A DNA stretch of 56,282 bases, counting the filler, from Sphacelaria rigidula (taxonomy: Eukaryota): NCBI GenBank assembly GCA_964200075.2. It is 6 parts of 6 records of this genome, joined end to end, with 100 filler letters (N's around TTAATTAATTAA, not from the genome) between each part and the next. Parts side by side here need not be neighbours in the genome. Positions count along the whole stretch, not along the records: positions 9,398 to 18,694 come from CAXNAA020008814.1; positions 18,795 to 28,091 come from CAXNAA020008815.1; 4 more parts are not named here. The stretch is one strand, 5' to 3'. Below are positions 12,684-23,600 of this stretch, in pieces. The notes under the pieces were generated by a model, which had not been told where the DNA came from, ran no database searches, and saw nothing but the letters and a program-made list of their open reading frames with translations. Numbering within the stretch: position 1 is the stretch's first letter; each line of letters begins with the position of its first letter. A program made the translations under genes and the position numbers.

Positions 12684-12926
12684 TCAGTCCCCGTCCTGAG
12701 CAGGATCGATGAGGTAGTCGTCGTCGTCGTGTTCATCATCGTTAGCATCGCCGGAGTCGTTGTTGCTGTCAGCGGAAGAGGCGGATTCGGAGTCGCTGGC
12801 ATCCGCAGGCGTGTCCTCGTCGTCGGAGGTGTCGTCGTAATTGTCGCATTCGCTGCCGTCATCCGAAGCCGACGAGGTATCGGTCGGAGGTGGCGGTGGC
12901 ACCTTGGAGCGCTTGGATTTGGCCAT
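12684..12926 (-). CDS. Short basic-then-acidic ORF (MAKSKRSK...D/E/S-rich); may be the frameshifted tail of the adjacent RPA-like gene
   Basis: ATG at 12926 lies immediately after the TAA of the upstream frame. Strongly Asp/Ser-rich. Confidence 0.35.
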   Translation of the reverse strand: MAKSKRSKVPPPPPTDTSSASDDGSECDNYDDTSDDEDTPADASDSESASSADSNNDSGDANDDEHDDDDYLIDPAQDGD

Positions 12927-12927
12927 T

Positions 12928-14446
12928 TTATTTGTCGAAGAAAAGGAGGCAGACTTCCTTGGAGATCGAGGTCGTAGAAGAGGCAGGCTTGTTCTCGCCG
13001 GCAAGGTCTATCGTCGGAGGAGGGGACGCAGCGGAACGGGGGGGCTTAGCCTGCAGCCTGGCGATGGCGGCGTTGTCGTTGTTAAGAGCGACGATGGAGT
13101 ATCCCCAGCGTTGGTCCGCGCCCCAGCGACTCTTTTCGACCGCGGCGATGAATTTGATGTCCAGCAGCCACCCAGAGCGCAACTTCTGTGCGTCTTGGTC
13201 GAGGAGGATGAACTCCTCCCCATCAGAGACGAAGAGCTCCTCCATGACCTGTCATAATTGTGAGACAGACGAAATGGGGAGAGACGTAGGAGGAGGGGAG
13301 AGCGGAGGAAGGGCATGGGAAGAGAGGGGGAAAGGGATGAGATACAGCACGATGATGGGAAGAACGGGCGAAAAGAAGAACACATGTAGGATGGCAGAAA
13401 AGCAAGAGGGGATGGGATGTGCGTTGAAGGAATACAGCAAGCACAAAAACGGCAAAAAATCGGGGAGGAAATGAAAATGGGAGAAAAGCGGCGGACGAGG
13501 TACCTCCCGCAGTAGAGAAGGGGATCGCATATGCATAAAGTGGCAATTCGCAACGTACGAGGAAGTGAGAGAAACGGGAAGGATGGTAAGGAAAGAAATG
13601 GGGAAGAGAAGAGCCTGAATAACGTATCTGAAGGAGAAAAAGACGGGACTCACCGGGGTTACGATGGACATGGGCGAAGGGATAGGAACACCGTCCGGCG
13701 ATCTCGGGCCACAGTCGTGAGCGCAATTGGAAGGGACGACCGTGAAAAGACAGGGGATCATGTCGTACTTATAATGTAGGTGGGGGTTGAATTTGTTGGC
13801 ACAAGTGAAAGGCAGGCTATCTGTCGGGTTGGCGGTGGCGCGACACCCGTCTTTGCCACACTTCATGCGAACGACGGGCCCCGACGATGAAAAGTAGAGG
13901 ATGAGGGGGTAGATTCCCGCAGGAGTCTGTTGCGCCGAGAGGAGCTCGAAGGTGTAGATGGAGTCGGGGTTAAGGGTCCTGTGGTGAATGATGGAAGGCG
14001 GCTGAGACGGCTTGGAGTTGTATGTGGCCGTCGCCGCCATGAGGAGCAGACCACGTTGAGTGTCCTGTGGAGAAAAAGAGGGGATGGAAAGAAGGGACGG
14101 AAAAAACAGAAGAAAAAAAAGGCTTGCCATGGTGAAATGATGAAGGTATTGGCGAGTGCGGGCGTAAGGAATCGAAGAGTGTGCGTTGTTGTTGTCAAAA
14201 ATATAACCGGTGAGTGAGGAAGGGTATTTCGATGAAATGGAGTGGAGGAGAATTTCGGCAAAAGTGAGGACCATGCGTGGAAGGGTCTAAATACAAATTT
14301 AGGCCAAGAAAAAGAGGAAGGGAACGAAAAATCCACCTTACCTTTGAAGAGACGGACTTCGACGATTTCTTGGAGCGCGCGGTACGGCGTTCGGCGTGTT
14401 TGTCCTTCCTGGCGGAAGATTTTTTCTTCGGGCGGGGCGGAGTCAC
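12928..14446 (-). pseudogene. Spliced gene/pseudogene resembling the RPA1 (RPA70) C-terminal Zn-ribbon OB fold
   Basis: Phase-consistent exons ~14446-14342, 14064-13654, 13554-13504 and 13248-12928 (GT donors; AG acceptors, except AC at 13555-13556). Joined product: ...VVRMKCGKDGCRATANPTDSLPFTCANKFNPHLHYKYDM...TPVANCHFMHMRSPSLLREVMEEL...KFIAAVEKSRWGADQRWGYSIVALN. Family assignment is by eye only. Confidence 0.45.
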
Positions 14447-14551
14447 GTGGAAAGAGACACGAAAAAGGGGAGAAGGGAGTAATGACGGGGAATGTTACGT
14501 ATGTGTGAGGATGAGAGGATAGGATACAACGTGGAATGGGAAAGAAGGTAT

Positions 14552-16670
14552 CCCATGCGGGAACAGTAATGGGTACGTGAGGAGGAAATAGTTGCCATCA
14601 CGGAAATCGATGGTGGTCGTCTCCCCCGTTAACGCTTGTGTCATGGCCGTCCTGTCCTTTGGTGGGACTCCTCTGCTCCTGGTGTCGACGGCTAGCATTT
14701 CTGAAGATGGAGCCGCCGGTGTCGTGAAAGCCAGAGAGTTCGATCTTGCAGTAGGTGATTACCTATGACAATGATGGCAGGACGTTGAACACATGGAGTA
14801 GAAAAAAAATGGTGTGCATGTACTTGTTGCGGGAGTGTAAACGGTGCCATGCGGTGACAGGAACAACATAAAGTGTGATAATTAAGTGAGAAATGTATGT
14901 AGACCACATGGACCCACTTTCTTCGTCACGTGATACAGTTCGCAGCCGTAGCTACCACACACAAGCACGCAGCGCGAAGGATATAATCACCTGTTAGACA
15001 TAGCGGTTTGCAGACGCCCGACGTACGGACACACATCCTCGAGGGCTCCTCGGATCTCTTCCATGATTTTTTTGTCGAGGTGCTGCGCGTAGGTGTAGTT
15101 GAAATCGTGCAGGAACCACTGTATGTTGGTGTGGTCCGAGTTCCTCGTAGAATGGTATGTTCTGCGATAAGCGCAAAAGAGCGAACATGAGCCGTAAACC
15201 ACACAGCGAATGTCGCTCAGGTGACGCACGGCGCGATCTCAGGAGTTCGACGCTGAAATTTTGACAGCAGCCTAATTATGATCGACATGCAGTACATCAC
15301 ATGCGCAGCAAAGAGATGAATAACATATACTACGAAGTTCTCGGGATTAGAAATTTCTGAAAAACGTGGATAATGCCATAAGTCCAGGGGAAAGAAGAGA
15401 ATCTACAGGTCGCCACGGAACGTATCACTTCCTTGGGTGCAGAAGATATTGCTGAAATTTCAGATAAAGACTCGTCGAATTCGGCCGTGTGTTCAACATT
15501 TTCCGTGACGCTGCTGCACTCCACTAATACCCAGTGCGGGAAGATTGCTCCCGTGAACCCGCCGCATGCCAGAAACAAACGCACTCCGAGACGCTATCGC
15601 CCAACGATGTCAGACCCACCCTGTACTCTATGCAGTACACTAAAGTCATCGGCAATACGACGCCAATCGAACAGCGACGCAGTCCTTCCTCATCAGGTGG
15701 GTCAGCTGTTCACAGTGATATGCTTACATCGGGTTCATTCGGGAAACTGGGGGAGCTGTGTTGTGAGCAAAATTTAGGAGCTTTTAAGTTGGCCCAGCTC
15801 GTAATCGATTGGTGATCGTTTCCCGAAAATTACACGATTACGCAAAAGGGTAGTCTACACCAAACCATTTTGTAGAAATTTCAGAAAAACGTAGATGATG
15901 CCATAAACCCAGGGGGAAAATGAGAACCTGAAGCTGCTCACGGGACGTATCACTTCCTTGGGTGCAGATGGTCTTCCTGAACGTTTAGCTCAAGATTCCT
16001 CGAATAGGACCGTGCGTTCGACATTTTCCGTGACGCTGATGCACCGCACTAATACCCTGTGCGGGGTGATTGCTCACGTGAACCTGCCGCATTAAAAATG
16101 TAAACGCACTCCGAGACGCTATCGCTCAACGATATCTGACCCACCCTGTACTCTATACCGTACAATACTGTCATCGGCAATACGACGCCAATCGATCAGC
16201 GACGCAGTCCTTTGTCATCAGGTGGGTCAGCAGTGAACTGTGGTATGCTTACATAGGGTTCATTCGGAAATCTGGGGAAGCTGTGGTGTGAGCAACATTT
16301 ATGAGCTTTGAACCTGGCTCAGCTCGTACTTGATCGGTGATCGTTTCCCGAAAACTAAATTAAAGCGTGGCAGACTGGAAGCAGCATGACACTGGTAATT
16401 AGCACACACGCCAATAGTAGGTGATCATCGCATAGATATTGTTGTAGTCCGGAGTCTGACAAAAAGAAATGACTACTTGAGCGCGAAATAGTGCGGCACT
16501 ACACCAGTCAGAGGAAGTGAGAATAATATATACGGTGCGCCGTACACAGAGAGAGGAACAGCCGAAGAATTCTCACCTTCCTTGAACAGATAAGAGGTGA
16601 TCACCAAACTTTTCCTTCAGTTCACCGTCTTGGACATTGAGGGAGGCGAAGTTGCAGTTGCAGTTGTATG
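14552..16670 (-). pseudogene. Helitron Rep/helicase gene, N-terminal region (three exons), truncated
   Basis: GT-AG exons 16670-16577, 15161-14991 and 14762-~14552 join in phase to YNCNCNFASL...SVQGRTYHST...IQWFLHD...IRGALEDVCPYVGRL...NYFLLTYPLLFPHG, the ordered motifs that precede the Helitron Rep domain. In-frame TAA at ~14759. Coding signal is lost after FPHG. Confidence 0.85.
15348..16354. repeat. Tandem duplication, ~480-bp copies with 525-bp period, inside a Helitron intron
   Basis: 15348-15829 aligns colinearly with 15873-16354. Confidence 0.9.
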
Positions 16671-17131
16671 CTGTAATAATGAGCAAGCGGCTGTATGATG
16701 CAAGGACACAGCTTGCAACCCAAGGCACAAGCTTGGCAGGCAAGTGTACAACTGTCAGACTGTTACAACTTGCAGATGCCGTATAACCTGCTCAATATCC
16801 AACGTTAGCCGAGGTTCACGCAATAGGTTCTTGGATTTCTCTCTTAATGATCGTGATTCTATCTCCGATACCACTCAATAAATCCAACCCAGACCAGCCA
16901 ATATCTCTCACCGATGGTTAGGCTTCCTTTTTGCTGGCTAGCAGATGGGAGCAGTTGATAGTGCTCATCAGGGGTTTTTTGTTCGTGGCTACAGCGAACA
17001 AAGCCCGTATCATTCCTGTGATTATACAGGTTCACATTCGTATCCGACCAACTCTGAACAGACCTGTAGTCTCCGGAACAAAAGCACGCCATGGCTAGAA
17101 TCGACAACGGGTTTGAATCGGCATCAACAGA

Positions 17132-17650
17132 CTAATATGCGTTTTCATGACAATGCCCGGGCTTCTCTGCGAAATGTTTGGGCCCGAGCCTCATAAGAGT
17201 TGTACAGGTGCTGCTCCAACGCCGGTGGGAGAGGTGGCAAGCGCTGAAGAACACCTGTACCTTTCTTGCAGCAAATCCACTTAGATTCTTTCGCGAAAAG
17301 CTTGGCGCCACAATGTCGACAGGGATCAGCTGTTTTTTGTTCCCCCCTGGAGATTCGCGCGCAGCATGGGCTGCTCGCTTTCGTTGTGCGATGACCTCCT
17401 GCAGTTGTGAAATGTCTTCCTCCTCAGCTATACCGGACACTGCAGGGTCGAAACGGTCCCTCCTCGCTGTCAGGAGCAACTCTCTACGGTGCTGTTGGTT
17501 ACTTTTTCGGTTAGCGCGTCGTCGGGTGTTGACGGTGGCGGTGTTCGTGCTATGCAGAAGTCGTCTCCTGTCGTTGATGGCATGTCTGTTATCCTCGTAC
17601 CTGTTGCGTCTTGTGCGGTTGATTGCGGGATTTTTGATGGCATACCTCAA
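17132..17650 (-). pseudogene. Arg/Asn-rich coding segment, probably the linker of the Helitron protein between the OTU-like and Rep regions
   Basis: 172-aa open frame with repeated N.RRR motifs, on the same strand as and between the OTU-like and Rep motifs. Confidence 0.45.
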
Positions 17651-17927
17651 GTGTTCCTCCGCAAGCGTTCTGCTTCCGAAGCGTGTTGGTGTTCGGTGGA
17701 GTCGCTTATAGTAGTGCTGACGAGTTACGCGGTACCGTCTCTCGTGAAGGGTGTCTGTGTGTCAAAGGTGCTATATGTAACCGAGGTTGCACACCTGTGG
17801 TTGTGGCCCGCGGGCGGCCCGCCTTTTTTTGTGGTCGGAAAGAGATTTGTTTTTGGTTCAGAAGATGACGAGAAACTTCCTGCGCAAACGCCTCGCGGGG
17901 GCTGTGGTGGCCGACATGCGAGGTTTG

Positions 17928-18546
17928 TACGCTGTCAAAATGCCCTTGACCATGAGGTTAGAAACAGATGTCGAAGTGGTTTAGTGTGGAGGGGTTATAG
18001 GGCGCTGTGCATGGTGTAATCTTCGCACGATCTGTACTCATGACCCGGGCGAACTGTTACCTCCGAACAGGCTTGGACAATATCCGCAGCTGCCTCTCAC
18101 TCGTACGCACCTTGCGCACAGCAGACAGGGACGTGGAACAAGCAAAAAGCAGTCCACTCATTTGTTAGTCATTTTTCAAGTTAATGACAGACGACGACCA
18201 CTCCTGTCTGTAATACATAAACATGATATATAGTTCTTGTTTTTCCCCTCCTCCTCTTCCTCCTCCTCCCCCTCCTCTTGAATGAGAAGAGCTTGAAGCG
18301 GGTGCACGCTTCTTTTATCAAGGCAGTGACCTTACGCCACCTTTTTTGTATAACAGCTACAATTACCGTACGTTGGGACACCGATGCCGTATACATCGGC
18401 ACGCCGAAACGCCGCCCACCACACGAACTTCCGATGGAGCACGTTCGAAGAATCCAGTCGCAGAGGGCTCGGTGGACGTTTGACTCCACCCCAAAATGGG
18501 TCTCCCTCGTCGTCCACGCTTCCGGGAGGGTGCTGGGCAAGCAGTT
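17928..18546 (-). pseudogene. Degenerate OTU-like cysteine protease domain
   Basis: Ordered motifs: 'NCLPSTL...VHRALCDWIL' (Cys box, 18546 downward), 'E*EAAADIVQACSEVTVRP' (~18100-18045) and 'FDICF*PHGQGHFDSV' (His box, 17928-17942). Stops and frameshifts present. Confidence 0.55.
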
Positions 18547-18694
18547 TCTCCGCCGCTTCCTGGCATTATCAGTTCATGAGCGGTGGGCGATTCCGATCAA
18601 GGAGATGGAACATGACTGGAACTTCACCATAGTAAGCACCGTCGCTGCTTACATGAGGTTAGCTAGTATGACCTGTGTGCAAGGGAAGGGGGGG

Positions 18695-18794
18695 NNNNNN
18701 NNNNNNNNNNNNNNNNNNNNNNNNNNNNNNNNNNNNNNTTAATTAATTAANNNNNNNNNNNNNNNNNNNNNNNNNNNNNNNNNNNNNNNNNNNN
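18695..18794. other. Artificial contig spacer
   Basis: N44-TTAATTAATTAA-N44. Confidence 0.98.
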
Positions 18795-20677
18795 CTTTTC
18801 ACTCTCAATCGTACCATCTACTCTCAGTCTCACGAAAACACTGTTATTAGTGTGTGCTCATGTGACTGTTGAATATTACTGGTAATAGCGTGGTCTTATG
18901 TAACCAGCTAAAGTGATGTACTTACGTTTACAATACATACTGTAAGTTGCGTGGCAATTCTGTTGCTAGTCTCAAACGGTAACCGAATGGTACCTGTATT
19001 CTGTAGTAATGAAAAAATAATAGCGAGTGAGGCGGCTGGTTTTTGGAGCTGACATAAACCCATCCTACACTCCACAAAAAGAGCGTAGGAAGATATCACT
19101 TTATCCAGCGAGTTTGCTGTAGGCGTAAGGTCACTCTTGCAGCTGCTGTGGAGGCATTCAGCGTGCTTTCAAGGGGGTTCGATCAGTGCATACATTTTTG
19201 GCGGTATCTTGGTGCAATGTGTGGGACTGCCGGTGTTGAGAACCGTCACCCCCTGTACTATAGAACGAAAAATTATTTGTTGGCTGGCAATCAGCCACAT
19301 GTCGGGAAATATACGAGGTAGGTTTACCTTTGTTGAGCGGGTGAATCGCGGCAACACATGATGCATAGCCCTGCGTACACGGGCGTGCGTCAACCAGCGA
19401 GTTTCCCAGATGACGGTCCGGCTTCAGAGCACACATACATGCATGCTAAACCTTTGGGGCCTAGGATATAGCACCGTGTCATCTCGGTGTTCGATTTTGT
19501 TTTCCTTTCCAGCTGATGCTAAACGAATGGCATTTGCAGAGGCGGAGGGACCAAGCGGGCAGCGAACAACACCTTGCAGTTTTTGTGGTTTCATGTTCTT
19601 GGAGTGTCCAGTTACTGATACAACAGCGTTCAACACCACGTAGACACGATATCGAGTACAGTTCAGGCCTTTCGAAGGTAGAGATTGCTTGATTTGAGTA
19701 TGAAGTGTAGATACATTTTTTCGTGGTTCGATTTTTGTGTGTGAAATCTGTTGCTAAATTTCCGACTTCATCCGGGCATGCTGTACAGCACCCACCCCTT
19801 TCAACGACACATACTACACCCCAAGAAAAAAAGTACCAAGAAAAAAAGGAGGACTGCGCCGACGCGACGACTGATTGACCCAACAATGGCAGAATCCACC
19901 ACTCCTGCGTAGCCCTTTTAGCCACGACTAGCAACACCGTGGTCTGGGGCGCAGGCCGCCAGTAAGTCCCGTACACAAAGTGGACCAACATAGATTCGAC
20001 CGGCGCACCTCTGCCGTCGCACCTCGGTGATCTAACTGGTTCATCTTTATACTGGCTAGGGAGGAATTTTGATGTCGAATCCCAGTAGCTACAGTTTTCT
20101 TTCGAGGAATGCAGTATCTGATTTCCGTCGACGAAAACATGAGGACTTGGGTAGTGGAGGAAAAATGACGAGAGTCGACGTTCTGTGGCGGTGCTGATCC
20201 GATCCGCATAACCAGAATGCCAGGCATGTATCGGGGGAGAGACGGGTTGATATCTCGAGACTCCATGCTCGCCCCGAGCAAGGGGGGAGTAGGAGGTAGG
20301 AGTACGGGAAAATGAAACTCTCTGCAGACAGATACATTTGCTTATTTTTGGCCCATGATTGCTTCTGACTCAGTATCACCCAAGACACGTCGCTGCTGCC
20401 TTGACATCTTGCTGGGAGTCACCTTTATCGGAGACAGGTCCACATGCTGATAATCATATGTAGGACTGCACTGTGCTGTACGGTGTGGTCCTCTGCACTG
20501 GTTTCTGTACGGACGGAACTCTTTGTTACTATACTGTGACCGATGTGGCACATGAGGTGTATCGATTGCACGCTAGTGTGTGTGCGTGGTTGACTCTGAT
20601 TCTATTCATTATTCTCGACATTAAAGACCAGTCAGAAAAACATGATGTCGGTCGCTCGTGAGCCCCAAGCTCTAAAG

Positions 20678-23600
20678 ACGTGAATGCAATATCGACTCGC
20701 GCAGTGCTTCTAGCGAGGAGGGCGCGGACGTTGAAGTGGACATAGGAGTACTTGGGGCACTTCTGACCGAGGCATGTGAACGGGAGCATCTTGATTGCAT
20801 TGAGCTGCTCCTTCAAAGAACCCCTCGACCGAGATGTAGCGTGAGTTTACGTGGATACTATGAATATCTCCTTGCCGTAGTGACGATTAACTCATGTCCG
20901 TTGTGCTCATCCTCACCGCGAAGAATTGATGCAAATTTACACAAAGAGAAACTGACATGGTTTCTCTGTTTGAGATCGGTTGCCACGGAGTACTCATGAT
21001 ACGCACGTGATAGTAATTCACATTGATCTACTCACATCGCTATATAACCCATATACTAAAAAGCGAGACCCTCCTGTTTTTTCTTATACGGTAGCGCAAA
21101 AGTGACGAGAATATCAGTCGGGTCTGGCCTTCCGTGCCACTTCATTTAGGTCGTGTCTATACTAATTAGATTGCAATTACTCATCCATGGCCAGAACAAT
21201 ATCATCGGGCGGCTGATTGGTAGTCCCCAAAACGATTTCTAGTGGTTGACCAACTGGAAATATCCGAGGCCCTGCTGAGAACGTAGAAAATACATAATCA
21301 GGGCGCTGAGCGGGCACATGTGGGACCACGATTGCCTGTATTGGAGACCATAATGGTTAAGTAAAACATGACGTGGGATGAACACAGGACTACCTGCACG
21401 ACCACGCGATTTCTAATGCCCGCGATGCGACATAACGCGAATCGAACGAGAGCTCAAGTTCATCCTAGCCTTGTCGATTGCTTTTGGGTTTTGTCCAACT
21501 GCAGCTGAATGGGTACCAGTGTTTACCGTAGTCGTACGCTCCATCAAGCAAGACAAGCGGCCAAAAATTGCGTTCGCTTCCTCATACAATTTCTGTGCGT
21601 TTTGTTGTTCCTCATTGGCTACTTCACAGTTCAACTTAACTGTTAACCCCTTTCGGCACCACCCTCACGGACGACAAAAAGCATTTTCTGCTAGCTGGTC
21701 GTTAGTGCAGAGAATAACGCACATATTCAAAATCAACCATCCACGCCCTCCGCACCATGCAGCCCATGCGTACCTCACCGCTCACAGTCAGTACTGCACC
21801 AGTACAGTACAGTGGTAGTAAAGTGCACCGCAACACAGCACCGCACCGCCCGGCAGAATCATATTCCCGTCTGCATCGAACCCTGTCACCAATAGAAGTT
21901 AGGGCCGTTAAAATGTGTCTTGGGTACGAGCGCACAGTACAGTACAGTATACATGCGGACATATTTGTCGCAGTCGGATCCATGTTCGTACCAGTTTGTG
22001 TGCGGCAGTTGCTGGCGGCCTATGCCTCCGATCACGCTGCTGCCAGTCGGGGCTGAAGGGGATGGGCAGGAGTGGCAGCCTCTGCCGTTGTTGCGTATCG
22101 CGGACATCGTGTGCGCCCAGTTCATCTGATCTCCCAGCTGCTTGTTGGTGTGGGTACATTGGACGGGTTGTGTCTACGGGGAGTTGGGTCGCCTTGCGGG
22201 GGAATTCACAGCGTTTTCCTTGCTCTAAATCCAAGTGATGAATGGGCGCATCATTCTTCAAGCCTTTTTCAGACAAAACTCGAGTAATTTCGACCCCGGA
22301 AGGACCAAGCTGAACACTTTACCCGTGTCTTTTGTGCCTCTCTGTTTTGCATTACTCGATAATATTAATAGTTCTAGAGCATGTTCTCCCCGCGACACGC
22401 ACTTTCTGTACGAACCTGAAACAAGTTGTCCGTTTTTGGTTGCTGACCGCCGGATCGCTCACCACCCTCTGCTGATGTAATTACTTTCGCACCACCGGAA
22501 AAAAAGACAGTTTCAACACTGCATTCATGTATTAATAGTGTTAGCACGGGGTGGGGCCGAAAAGGTCAAGCTAGGGTCCATGAGTGCATCCAGTAGTGCG
22601 CCTGTGCTTCGGGGCTCTTGGGTGTTGGGACGCATGATTGTACTGTGAGAAATATCCACTATTGCGTACACCCACCAAACATTGAGACGTCTCTGTGTAA
22701 TCTGACGTGTAGCATCTTGCCTAGTCCGTGACGTTGAAAAGCGAATGGGGTGAAGACCCTGCCCCCTAGCTCATTGGGTGCACTTTTTCTCCCCGACCAC
22801 ACCGTTGCCTCTACCCATCAAGCTCAAACGCCAAGGGTACTTCCCGGTACACATCGCCGCCGGTGCAGGGTCCATCGAGAGCATCGAGCTCCTAGTCTCC
22901 GCGGGGTTCTCAACGAAGAGGGGGGACGACAGAAGCCGCACGCCACTTCATCACGCGGCGGTAGGGTGTACGACGCGTGCCACTGCTTCCACGAAGTTGT
23001 AGGTCGTCTCTCATGTTGTAACGTTGCAGTGAACCTCTCGTGTACTCACGTCCGTCATCGGTGCTTCTTCGGATGCAAAGCGTCACGCGAAGAATGTTCT
23101 ATTCTTGTCGGGAAACCAGCCGAGCATGAACCGGCGACAAACCAAGAGAGCATCGATCCAAAACGCGTTTCACCCAGTCTGGCTCATCGACTCTCATTAT
23201 TTGTACTTCCGCTACCAAAAAGGCCAGCGGGCGTTTGGAGTGCGTTTCTCTCCTGTGTACCATAGCGCGAAGCACCGTCGCCTCTCGAACTGAGGGAGTG
23301 GGAGACACACCTTTGCACCTTGCGATTCGGTCGAGGTAAGTGGACAATGACTTGCAATTGGCTTTATTGGTGATTACACACGCGCAACATATCCTGGGGT
23401 CGCGACCAAAGGACATTCTGATCATGCTTCACTTCTCGCACACACCATTTCACCGTGACCCTGTGTGTGTGGCGGCCGCGTCATTATGATAATACACAAT
23501 TTCACAGTTGAAACGTCGTCGTTTTCATCAAGATTTTTTCCAACAAATCTAGTCCGACCATAGTGAGTACACATGCAGAAACGGACTACATCCTCTACAC

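Larger units (their letters stand above)
11574..18694 (-). mobile_element. Decayed Helitron (rolling-circle transposon), 5' end truncated by the segment boundary
   Basis: Rep N-terminal motifs in spliced exons, OTU-like motifs upstream, an RPA-like gene downstream, and a candidate GC-hairpin + CTAG terminus at 11574-11609. Boundaries are tentative. Confidence 0.7.

Noticed and set aside
13252-14274. 340-aa ORF as a single membrane protein
   Set aside because: Its hydrophobic F/L/S/P stretches are read-through of polypyrimidine introns. Only the internal exons look coding.
19123-19677. Two open AG...GT exon-like segments upstream of the ankyrin gene
   Set aside because: Their phases do not join and there is no recognisable domain; cannot be assigned.
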